From an uncultured virus (IMG/VR IMGVR_UViG_3300020073_000092) (taxonomy: Duplodnaviria; Heunggongvirae; Uroviricota; Caudoviricetes): 20,000 nt of DNA. Location: the IMG/VR virus record IMGVR_UViG_3300020073_000092, one strand, 5' to 3'. The position numbers were made by a program, and so were the translations under genes. Positions 1 through 7,664 of this stretch are shown here, in pieces (the first letter of the stretch is position 1; the number at the start of each line of letters is the position of its first letter). A model generated the notes under the pieces. That model had not been told where the DNA came from. It saw only the letters and a list, made by a program, of their open reading frames with translations, and ran no database searches.

Positions 1-314
1 AAAGCGACTCGGCAAAGGAGCATACATGGCACCCGGATATGGATAAGCGGAACGAAGGAATTTAGGACTCTGCATAGTCAGATGATCCTGTTAGACATGG
101 GAGGTTCGTTACCATAAGGCGAAGGGATTATATTGGTCTTCCCAAAAGCAAGGCAATGACGTTAGCCTCGCTATACCCGAAATCCCGTTTACGCCATGCA
201 TAATGCACCACTTATTCATGTTATGTTGTTCTTCGTAAATTAAACTGCCATGAAAAACTAAGAAAAACGGAGATATTCAAAGATAATTAAAGATTATATA
301 GGGAGGTACTTATT

Positions 315-601
315 ATGATTATAAGATTTGGTGATATAGGAAAGAGTTTAGGAACGCGGGATGATGGAAGAAGATTTAGGATGCAAATAGTTAATGGGTT
401 TAATGAACAAAAAAAGTTGAGCTAGATTTTCATGGCGTGGAAATGGTGTCAAATTCGTTTGCGGATGAATGTATAGGTAAATTGGTTGAAGAGATGGGGC
501 TTGAGAAACTAAAAAGTTTTACAACCTTTAAAAATACCAGTAAGAATGTGGCGATGGTGTTACAAAAGGTTATCAAAGATAGACTGGCAAGTGTATGTTA
601 G
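315..601 (+). pseudogene. STAS-like domain protein (DUF4325-type), split by a 1-nt frameshift in an A7 run (409-415)
   Basis: GGAGG RBS precedes ATG 315. Frame 1 reads MIIRFGDIGKSLGTRDDGRRFRMQIVNGFNEQKK and stops at TAG 423-425. The -1 frame continues KVELDFHGVEMVSNSFADECIGKLVEEMG...ASVC to TAG 599-601. LDFxGVxxVSxSFADE is typical of this family. Not in the ORF track. Confidence 0.75.
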
Positions 602-668
602 AATGGAGTTGATGTTCGTATTGCTAATATTTATAGAGCAGAATAGAAAAAGATATGGTGCTACATAA

Positions 669-701
669 AGGCTAGTGCGGTATGCATTAGCCTGAATCTT
701 T
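669..701 (+). terminator. Probable intrinsic terminator after the STAS-like gene
   Basis: Hairpin AGGCTAGTGC-ggtat-GCATTAGCCT followed by gaatcttt. Removing the IS66 restores gaatcttttt. Confidence 0.5.
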
Positions 702-772
702 GTAAACGAAAAACCATCCGGTGTATCACATATACGAAAAGAACCTGACCAGCACTAGTCAGGTTCAAATTT

Positions 773-2343
773 TTATTTGCAGTTCTTCTGGATTTCGTCA
801 CTCCAAGGCAGGTAGTTTTCCAGCAACTCAGGATGTATTTTGAAATTCAGATTGGGAAGATTTTCAAATAGATAGGTCAAATAACGAAATGGCTCCAAGT
901 CATTGGCTTTGCTGGTTTCTACTATGCTATAAACGGCAGCGCTGGCGGCTGCGCCCTTCGGTGAGGCGCTGAACAACCAATTCTTGCGGCCAATGGTAAA
1001 GTTGCGGATAGCCCGTTCGCAGATATTATTCGAAAGAGCGATGTTGCCATCTGTCAGGAAGGCACTAAGCCCTTTCCGATGATTCAAGGCATAGTTAACC
1101 GCCTTACCCAGCGCAGATTTAGGCAACGCCTTGGGCTGGATTCCTTCCAGCCACACGAAGAAAGCCTCCAGCTTGTCTTTTTCAAGCCGCAGACGCTCTG
1201 CCTGCCGTTCTTCAGCAGACTTATGGGAAAGCTCTTTATCTAAGGCAAACAGTTCATTGATTTTCCGGATGGCCTGCCCGCTTATGGATTCGGCTGCTTC
1301 TTCCTGCGAAATTCCTGCCGGAATAGCATCCACAAAGTAGCGGCGGGCATGCACCCAGCAGAGAGCATGTTCCTTGCAGGGAATCTGCTCATAACCGGCA
1401 TAGCCGTCTGTTTGCAGGATGCCCTTATATCCCTCAAGGAACTTTCCGGCAAAGCCTCCGTTCCGGCCGGGATGGTATTCGTAGATCCGGATTTGCCATC
1501 CGTCCTGCACGAACTCGCCATTGGTATACACCCACATGTAAGACTTGGTCTTATTCTTCCGCCCTTTTTCGTTGAGCACCTGTACTGGCGTTTCGTCTGC
1601 ATGGATTACCGGCTGCTTCAAAAGCTCTGTGTGCATGCAATCTACCAGCGGCATAAGCCAGTCTTCTGCTGACCGGATCACCCAGTTGGCCAATGTGGCC
1701 CGGGATAACTCTACGCCAATGGATTTCCACTCCTGTTCCTGACGGTAAAGAGGCATGGAAAACTGGTCTTTCTGCGTAATGACATGCGCTACACTGGACG
1801 GCGAGGCGATGGACTTTGCCAGCACCGGCTGCGGCATCTGTGGCTTTTCGATGGAGAAATGTTCTTTTTTCCGGCATTCCAGGCATTGGAAGGATTCTCG
1901 GTAAAAATCGATGACTTTTACGTAGCAGGAATGAACTGCACCTCCGTACAGATTTTCTCTCGGCCCATGGATGTGAGCTGTGTCCCGCAACGTTTGCAGA
2001 TACGCTCATCTTTCGGCAGGGTGATTACACGTTCCTCATGCGGCATATCTTTCAGAATCTGATCAAGATGGCCTTTCTGCTTCTTGCGCCGCTGATGAGC
2101 AGGGTCTTCAATGACCGGCTCAGGAGCACTGCCTTTTGCCTCGACCTCAGCCTCGTCGAAAAGATTGATTTCTTCGACCTCGCCAAGAATCTTTTTCGTT
2201 TTCTCCGTGCGTGAGCCAAAGGCCAGCTTTTTCAACTGAGCAATCTGTTCTTTGAGACAGATATTCTCATTGCGAAGGTTTTCCTTTTCCAAGGTCAGTG
2301 AATCTATGCGGTTTTGCATTTCCTGTTCGCGGATGTCTGTCAT
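773..2343 (-). pseudogene. tnpC: IS66 transposase TnpC, 1-nt frameshift near 1921
   Basis: N-terminal part (2343-1918) has a coiled coil, FGSRTEK and CKRCG. C-terminal frame has HADETPVQVL, LQTDGYAGY, CWVHARR and SNNICERAIR...GRKNWLF. Junction ...QFIPAT / VKVIDFYRESFQC. Confidence 0.93.
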
Positions 2344-2455
2344 GGAAAGCCTCCTGATTTTTGCTTATTCCATTATACCACAAAAAGCCCGCGAAGTCAG
2401 TACTGACGCGGGCTGAGCTATCCACAGATTCGCGGATGTTATGCACAATTTGAAC

Positions 2456-2812
2456 TTAAAAGCTGTATTTTGCAGTGATTTTTTGTACGGCCTTAGGCTG
2501 TGAAATGGATAAGCCTTCGGTAAGCCAGCGAAGTTGCTGCTCGGAAATTTCCAGCAGGTCTTCCGGCGTATCCGGCCATTGATACCGACCATTTTCCAGG
2601 CGCTTGTACAAAAGCAGAAAACCCGTTTCGTCCCAGAGCAGTCCTTTGATGCGGTCTTTGCGTCGTCCACAAAAGAGGAATAACGCAGGTTGATGCGGGT
2701 CGAGCTGGAACTTGGACAGCACCAGTGCTGCCAGTCCATCTATGGACTTACGCATATCCGTCTGACCACACGCTAGGTAGATATGGTCGGCCGTAAGATT
2801 ACGGATTAGCAT
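2456..2812 (-). CDS. tnpB: IS66 accessory protein TnpB
   Basis: IYLACGQTDMRKSIDGL...LFLFCGRRKDRIKGLLWDETGFLLLYKRLENGRYQWP. ATG at 2812 overlaps the tnpA end. Confidence 0.95.
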   Translation of the reverse strand: MLIRNLTADHIYLACGQTDMRKSIDGLAALVLSKFQLDPHQPALFLFCGRRKDRIKGLLWDETGFLLLYKRLENGRYQWPDTPEDLLEISEQQLRWLTEGLSISQPKAVQKITAKYSF

Positions 2813-3189
2813 ACCGAGAACACATCCTTTATACAAGCGAGCGTTCTGGCAAGCAATTTACTCGATGTCTGCTCATTGACTTCTAAGCTTACGGGATCAC
2901 AGGAAAGTTTCAGCATAGAGGGCAGAGTTGCGGTCTGAACAGTGGCCGTAACGGTAGCGGTTGCCAATGTAGCAAACTCAGGGACACGCTCATCCTTGGG
3001 GGCCATCTGGAGTGCAGACGCTGCAAAATCTTCGCGAATTTTGCGTTGCCAATAGTAAAAGGCATTGTACTTGATATTCTGCTGGCGGCAATATTCTGCA
3101 GCAGTAAGTCCGCTATTCTGTTGGGCAAGGATGGTCTGTTTCCAGTATGCTAAAGAATGTTGCTGTTTGAGTTGCTGAATTTGAGTCAA
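2806..3189 (-). CDS. tnpA: IS66 accessory protein TnpA (HTH)
   Basis: W...I...QNSGLTAAEYCRQQNIKYNAFYYWQRK motif. GGAGGT RBS before TTG at 3189. Confidence 0.88.
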   Translation of the reverse strand: MTQIQQLKQQHSLAYWKQTILAQQNSGLTAAEYCRQQNIKYNAFYYWQRKIREDFAASALQMAPKDERVPEFATLATATVTATVQTATLPSMLKLSCDPVSLEVNEQTSSKLLARTLACIKDVFSVC

Positions 3190-3273
3190 AACAAAAACCT
3201 CCCAGACAATTTTTGACCAAAATGGCTTTTTCACGTTTTTCAGCTTTTTCGTGTGGCTTATTTTAGTCAATTA

Positions 3274-4786
3274 CTCAACTTTCCCAGCATAAATTTTGAA
3301 ACAAGCCCTTGATATATCTGCTTTGACTGGCAATCCAATTGGTCACTTTACTTTTTATGGTTTCTGTATACTCTGTTCTGTAGCCGTTGATGGTTTCTAG
3401 GAATAGACTCATCAGTGACCGTAGTGCCTCCGAAAGTTCCATATCCTGCACATCCTCGCAGAGTGCAAAAAATAGCCCCTCCGTAGGTTTTAGGGTCGTT
3501 TTCCTGACGGCGCAGCCATTCGAGAAATGTATAGCAGGCAAAAACAATTGCCGTATGTGCTACGGCAGAGTCATAGCTGCGGGTCTGGAACTCCCTGCCT
3601 AGCTTCAGCAAAGACTTGCTTGCCTTGAAGAAGGTTTCAATGTTCCAGCGCATCCCATATATGCGAATGATCTCATCCTCTGACAGTGCATTGTCCGTAG
3701 ACAGGATATACAGCAGATCACTCTTTTTGTTGCGATTCTTGACAAAGACTATACGAACAGGGAGATGGTGTTTTCTCGTCCTTACCATTAGGGAACGGTA
3801 CAGATGAGTATTGCTCCTGTCCATGGCGATTTTTGCCAGTTGTGGCAAGGTGTACAAACGCCCATTGTAATAGTAGCGCTGCTTCAGATCCTTAACCATG
3901 CCAATGACATCCTGCCCAAGGTCGGAAAGGCTTTTGACAAAAGGTTCTGTTGTAAACCAGCTGTCCATTAGGATATAGTCGGCATGGATTCCTGCTGCCA
4001 GTGCAGACTCTATCATGCACAGAGCTGCCTCCGGCTTTTGCCGCATGCTTTCCATCCTGGCTTTCCAGCCGTTGGTGCGGTAGTCAATATCCTTGTTGGC
4101 TTCCTGATAGCGGTTCCTAAGTTTGGCCGATGAAAGCAGCACGAAGGAAACAGGAATGAAGCTGAAGCCGTCCGACCAGCCCAGTGCCAAGAGATTGAAG
4201 CCACGGACAAATTCATGAAACACATGGTCATACACCTTTGCAAGGAGTTCCACGGCTTTGCTGCGGTTGCGCCGCAACACCGAATCGTCGAGTACAAGCA
4301 CAGTGCCCCTGCTCTTGCAGGTAAGCTTTCGCAGAGCAACTGTTACCCGAACGGCCAGAAGCAGGAGGAACTTCTTCCAATTGAAGGAAGGGTTGCTAAG
4401 GAAACGGTAATAGGTATTCTTGGAAACAGCATGGTCGTTATGCTTCGATTCCAAGGAACGGAACAGATTCTTCCGTGGAAAACAAGCATGACAAGGCGCT
4501 GGAACATTTCAAGGGCAGAAAGGCCGCAGCCCTTGCGTATATTGGCTTTGTAAAGAAGTTTAGCAATTTGCAGCTCCTTTAGGACAGAGAAAATCTGATT
4601 TTGGGACTGTTCAAAAGAATAATTTTGGTATAACATGTAATCAGCACCTTTCTGGTATTTGGTTTTGTAGCTGATTCCATTATACCAAGAACAGGTGCTA
4701 TTTTGTTGTCAAGAAAGGTTTTATATCCTACGCGATGCCAGTATTTTTCTAGGGATTAGCGTTATTTTCGTGGTGGGAAAGTTGAG
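3274..4786 (-). mobile_element. IS4-like (DDE) insertion sequence nested in the IS66 left end
   Basis: Perfect 13-bp IRs CTCAACTTTCCCA (3274-3286) / TGGGAAAGTTGAG (4774-4786). 7-bp TSD TCAATTA at 3267-3273 and 4787-4793. Confidence 0.93.
3275..4636 (-). pseudogene. IS4-like DDE transposase with two frameshifts (near 4471 and 3477)
   Basis: Three consecutive frames join into one protein with VLVLDDS, YILMDSWF and YGMRWNIETFFKASK (YREK-like). The stop codon lies inside the IR. Confidence 0.88.
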
Positions 4787-4890
4787 TCAATTATCTCATT
4801 TGGGAGGAAAAATTTACATACACCGTATTATTTTGCGGTTACGAATCTTTTTACCTAAGATTAGAATACGTTTACAGCACCGCGAGAAAT

Positions 4891-4936
4891 AATCCCCCAT
4901 GACTGTCACAGATTGTGGTAACAGTCATGGGGGATT
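4891..4936. terminator. Strong hairpin, likely terminator of the 5490-4945 gene
   Basis: 16-bp perfect stem AATCCCCCATGACTGT / ACAGTCATGGGGGATT, immediately downstream of the TGA at 4945. Confidence 0.7.
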
Positions 4937-4944
4937 TCTGTGTC

Positions 4945-5490
4945 TCAGAGCATGCCCAGTCCATGGGCAGAATTATTGGTGCTGTGGGGGGAGGGAATAT
5001 TATAAAATTTATTTATATATTTCTGTAAAGTGGAGTCATAAATATCATCACCGTGATTTTTGCCAGTCTTTATGTGTGCTAACTCATCCATTAAAATGTT
5101 GGCTAAAGTATCATTTTTAGGTTTACCATATACACTAGCGTACGTTTGCTCATATATTTCCTGTAAAAAAGATGGCATTATAGGGGTAGGAGTAATGGCG
5201 TTCTTATATATCCATATGGTATTTGTTTTAGGACTGGCTAATCCTGGGCAAATGTCTTTTTTAAGGAGGAAGGTAGCCAATGTGTTCTCCTTTAAAAATG
5301 GACGATAATGTTTTTTTATACACTCTTCAATTAGGGAAATATTAGGTTTGTTGTATTCATCGAAGATATACCAGTTAATGTCAGTATCCGTTTCATGAAT
5401 TTTATTGAGAACAGTATTAATTTTTTTCTGTAGGGCATCCTTTCTTGAAGCATCTTTCATTGTATCTTCATAAAAATCTATTTTACTCAT
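4945..5490 (-). CDS. Hypothetical protein with a degenerate zincin-like motif (DELAH...NHG)
   Basis: 181-aa ORF with AAAGGAG RBS, its own promoter and terminator. ILMDELAHIKTGKNHG resembles HELAH...NH of YgjP/SprT/WLM-like metallopeptidases. Confidence 0.7.
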   Translation of the reverse strand: MSKIDFYEDTMKDASRKDALQKKINTVLNKIHETDTDINWYIFDEYNKPNISLIEECIKKHYRPFLKENTLATFLLKKDICPGLASPKTNTIWIYKNAITPTPIMPSFLQEIYEQTYASVYGKPKNDTLANILMDELAHIKTGKNHGDDIYDSTLQKYINKFYNIPSPHSTNNSAHGLGML

Positions 5491-5529
5491 TACAATAAGC
5501 TCCTTTCAAATGGCGGTATTCTTACCTTT

Positions 5530-5557
5530 ATTTTAGCATATAGGGTGGGTATGTCAA
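5530..5557 (-). promoter_or_regulatory. Sigma70-type promoter for the 5490-4945 gene
   Basis: TTGACA (5557-5552), 16-nt spacer, TAAAAT (5535-5530), with an extended -10 TG. Confidence 0.6.
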
Positions 5558-5605
5558 TTGAAATAGAAAGTTGTACTGAAATGACCGGTGTAGGGGGATA
5601 TAGGA

Positions 5606-6250
5606 TTATTGACTTAATTGTGAAATAAATTTAAATACGTTATTTGAATCCATAGCATTAGTCTCTTGGTTAAAAGATGCAAATATTATCGGAATCTTTA
5701 GATTAACTGGTGGATGTTTAATGGCTATTTCTTCTAGTCTATTGGAATTGGAAATAATTATACAATACGTTTCAGTTCCTTCTTCTAAGGGAAGCGTACA
5801 CAGACGCCCATATGTGTTAAGAATTGGGAAAAAGAAAATACTTTTATCAGAAAAGTATTTAAAAATAAATATAAGGCGTACGGAGCCAAGTTTAGCCATT
5901 AAATCACTGCGGTTGTTATCTTTGCTTGTTTCCCAACCTAAATTATTTAGAAATGGCAGTATTTCATTTTGAACGCTATTTTCAAAATCAATAATGCGTT
6001 GGCGCATTTCATCATGTCTGTATCGTTCTAGTTCTTCAGCTTTCTTGTCAATGTCATCTATTTGTAAGTAGGCTACGTCTTTCCCAAAAAAAGCTGCTAT
6101 TTCTTTTAGTTTATCCTGAGTTCGTGGTCTGCGTTGGTTCAGCTCATAGGAAGCATATGTCCTCAAGCTGATATTGAGTTTTTCAGCTACCTCTTTTTGA
6201 GAAAGATTCTTTTCCTCGCGTAGCTGCCTTAATTTATCACCAAATTTCAT
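5606..6250 (-). CDS. XRE-family HTH transcriptional regulator (repressor-like) with an extra C-terminal alpha/beta domain
   Basis: MKFGDKLRQLREEKNLSQKEVAEKLNISLRTYASYELNQRRP is a classic XRE HTH. AAAGGAG RBS. Divergent from the phage-like genes. Confidence 0.9.
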   Translation of the reverse strand: MKFGDKLRQLREEKNLSQKEVAEKLNISLRTYASYELNQRRPRTQDKLKEIAAFFGKDVAYLQIDDIDKKAEELERYRHDEMRQRIIDFENSVQNEILPFLNNLGWETSKDNNRSDLMAKLGSVRLIFIFKYFSDKSIFFFPILNTYGRLCTLPLEEGTETYCIIISNSNRLEEIAIKHPPVNLKIPIIFASFNQETNAMDSNNVFKFISQLSQ

Positions 6251-6320
6251 TATTTTTTCTCCTTTGAAAGTAAAATGCCTCTTATATCTAATAGATATGA
6301 AAGTAAATTACATATTAGGG

Positions 6321-6349
6321 TTGACATAGGTATGATAATGTGCTATCAT
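6321..6349 (+). promoter_or_regulatory. Rightward sigma70 promoter
   Basis: TTGACA (6321-6326), 17-nt spacer, TATCAT (6344-6349), extended -10 TG. Confidence 0.65.
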
Positions 6350-6359
6350 GACATATGTC
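6350..6359. promoter_or_regulatory. Candidate operator palindrome
   Basis: Perfect palindrome GACATATGTC over the predicted rightward start site. The half-site GACATA recurs at 6323 (+) and 5555-5550 (-). Confidence 0.45.
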
Positions 6360-6379
6360 GTTAAATTTCCTATAAGATG

Positions 6380-6408
6380 ATTATAAGCAAAATTAATAGA
6401 CAAGTCAA
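6380..6408 (-). promoter_or_regulatory. Leftward sigma70 promoter for the repressor
   Basis: TTGACT (6408-6403), 17-nt spacer, TATAAT (6385-6380). Confidence 0.7.
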
Positions 6409-6449
6409 TATTATATTATGAAGCAGTATTTATTGTTAGGGGGGTGCCT

Positions 6450-6665
6450 ATGTCACAAAAGAAGAAAGAACTCATGAAAAATGGTGGTTTTAGGGAGACG
6501 GATCACATTATCCTGTCAGATCAGGGTAAGCCTATTGGAAAGCGGTGGATCGATTCCTTGGGTAATTCGTACCTTTTCAATAAAGATAGTGGAATCATAT
6601 CCGCTGAAAGGCTTTATAGAGAGCTTTCAGGAGATAACAAGTATGGGGAAAAGAAAATAGCGTAA
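6450..6665 (+). CDS. Small hypothetical protein
   Basis: AGGGGGGTG RBS, ATG 6450, 71 aa, followed by terminator-like hairpins. No recognisable motif. Confidence 0.6.
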   Translation: MSQKKKELMKNGGFRETDHIILSDQGKPIGKRWIDSLGNSYLFNKDSGIISAERLYRELSGDNKYGEKKIA

Positions 6666-6694
6666 AGAACTCGAGCGCATAACAGTAAGACGCG

Positions 6695-6794
6695 GGGGCC
6701 AAATGCCAAGGAAAACCTTGGAGTTTGGCTCCTTTTTTATAAGACGAGCGAGCCAAGAGAGCAGTTAGACGCTGTTGCTTGGCTCGCTCTTTTT
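6695..6794 (+). terminator. Two tandem terminator-like hairpins
   Basis: GGGGCCAAAT..CCAAGG-aaaa-CCTTGG..GTTTGGCTCC plus T6 (6695-6738), and GAGCGAGCCAAG...CTTGGCTCGCTC plus T5 (6746-6794). Confidence 0.65.
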
Positions 6795-7005
6795 CGTTTC
6801 AGGGGCATAGATTTCACTCGAAAAGTTCGCCTCAGGGAAGTGAGGGGATTAATTTTTGCGGAAATCCGTTGACTGGAACATGAGGGGCAGGAAATTCAGA
6901 GTTTACTTTTTCGGATGTAAATAAAGGATTTTTCAAAGGTCTCATTAGGTGAGATGTTTGCCCTTTAGTATTTGAACCAAGCAAGGCGAAAGGGGGTGAG
7001 GAACA

Positions 7006-7335
7006 GTGCAGAGCGCAATGGACAGGCGGCAGAAACTGCTTGAGGTACTTATGGCTCGGAGACAGGAAACCGTGCCAAACCTGATGCAGGAACTGGGCGT
7101 AAGCCGGTGTACCATTCTGCGAGACATTGACGTTCTTAGCTGTTCCTACCCTATATTTACGGTTAGGGGCAACGGAGGAGGTGTTCGTGTGGCCGACGGT
7201 TACTACTTGGATCGCCGGTATCTGAAACCAGATCAAGAGGCTTTGATACATAAACTGCTTCCAGGATTAAAGCCAGAGGAGCAGGTCGTGATGCAGAGCA
7301 TTCTGGATTCTTTCGCCAAGCCAAAAGCTGGGTAA
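7006..7335 (+). CDS. HTH_11/DeoR-like winged-helix DNA-binding protein
   Basis: RRQKLLEVL...LMQELGVSRCTILRDIDVLS..YPIFTVRGNGGG. GTG start with RBS. Confidence 0.85.
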   Translation: MQSAMDRRQKLLEVLMARRQETVPNLMQELGVSRCTILRDIDVLSCSYPIFTVRGNGGGVRVADGYYLDRRYLKPDQEALIHKLLPGLKPEEQVVMQSILDSFAKPKAG

Positions 7336-7351
7336 ATGAAAGGAGCAGGAC

Positions 7352-7663
7352 ATGACAAAAGATGATGAGATGAAGGTGTTGGCCGACCTGGCAGACAGCA
7401 TGCACAAGGTGGCAGAGGGGCTTGAGACCATGGCTATCTATTTGCTCAGGGATGTAACGGAGAAGGTGCAAAAGCAACCAAAGACTGAGCCAGTAGCGCC
7501 GCAGGTCACTCTTGAGGAACTCCGTTCCGTCCTAGCGGAGAAGAGCGCGAAAGGGTATACAGCCGAGGTGCGAAAGCTTCTGCAGGATTTCGGTGCAGAT
7601 AAGCTGTCAGCGGTGAAGCCTGAAGACTATGCGGCCATCAAGTCCAATGCGGAGGTGCTCTGA
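7352..7663 (+). CDS. Conserved phage protein typically found upstream of DUF2800
   Basis: VTLEELRSVLAEKSAKGYTAEVRKLLQDFGADKLSAVKPEDY. AAGGAG RBS. Confidence 0.8.
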   Translation: MTKDDEMKVLADLADSMHKVAEGLETMAIYLLRDVTEKVQKQPKTEPVAPQVTLEELRSVLAEKSAKGYTAEVRKLLQDFGADKLSAVKPEDYAAIKSNAEVL

Positions 7664-7664
7664 T

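Larger units (their letters stand above)
702..4842 (-). mobile_element. IS66-family insertion sequence containing a nested IS
   Basis: Imperfect terminal IRs starting GTAA: GTAAACGAAAAACCATCCGGTGTAT (702-726) versus the reverse complement GTAACCGCAAAATAATACGGTGTAT (ending 4842), 20/25 identical. 8-bp direct repeat GAATCTTT at 694-701 and 4843-4850. Gene order tnpA-tnpB-tnpC. About 2.6 kb after subtracting the nested element. Confidence 0.95.

Noticed and set aside
190..235. dif-like or attC-like site (GCATAA...TTATGT)
   Set aside because: The arm spacing does not fit an 11-6-11 dif site, there is no extended attC hairpin, and no integron integrase or cassette array is visible.
2456..2812. 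TnpB as an RNA-guided nuclease
   Set aside because: This is the unrelated small IS66 accessory TnpB, with no RuvC or Zn-finger motifs.
2940..2970. ATLATATVTATVQTAT low-complexity stretch in tnpA as a tandem repeat
   Set aside because: It is a short linker with degenerate codons, not a true DNA repeat array.
4643..4699. Long imperfect hairpin upstream of the IS4-like transposase as an ncRNA
   Set aside because: It is better explained as the common IS feature that sequesters the RBS in read-in transcripts.
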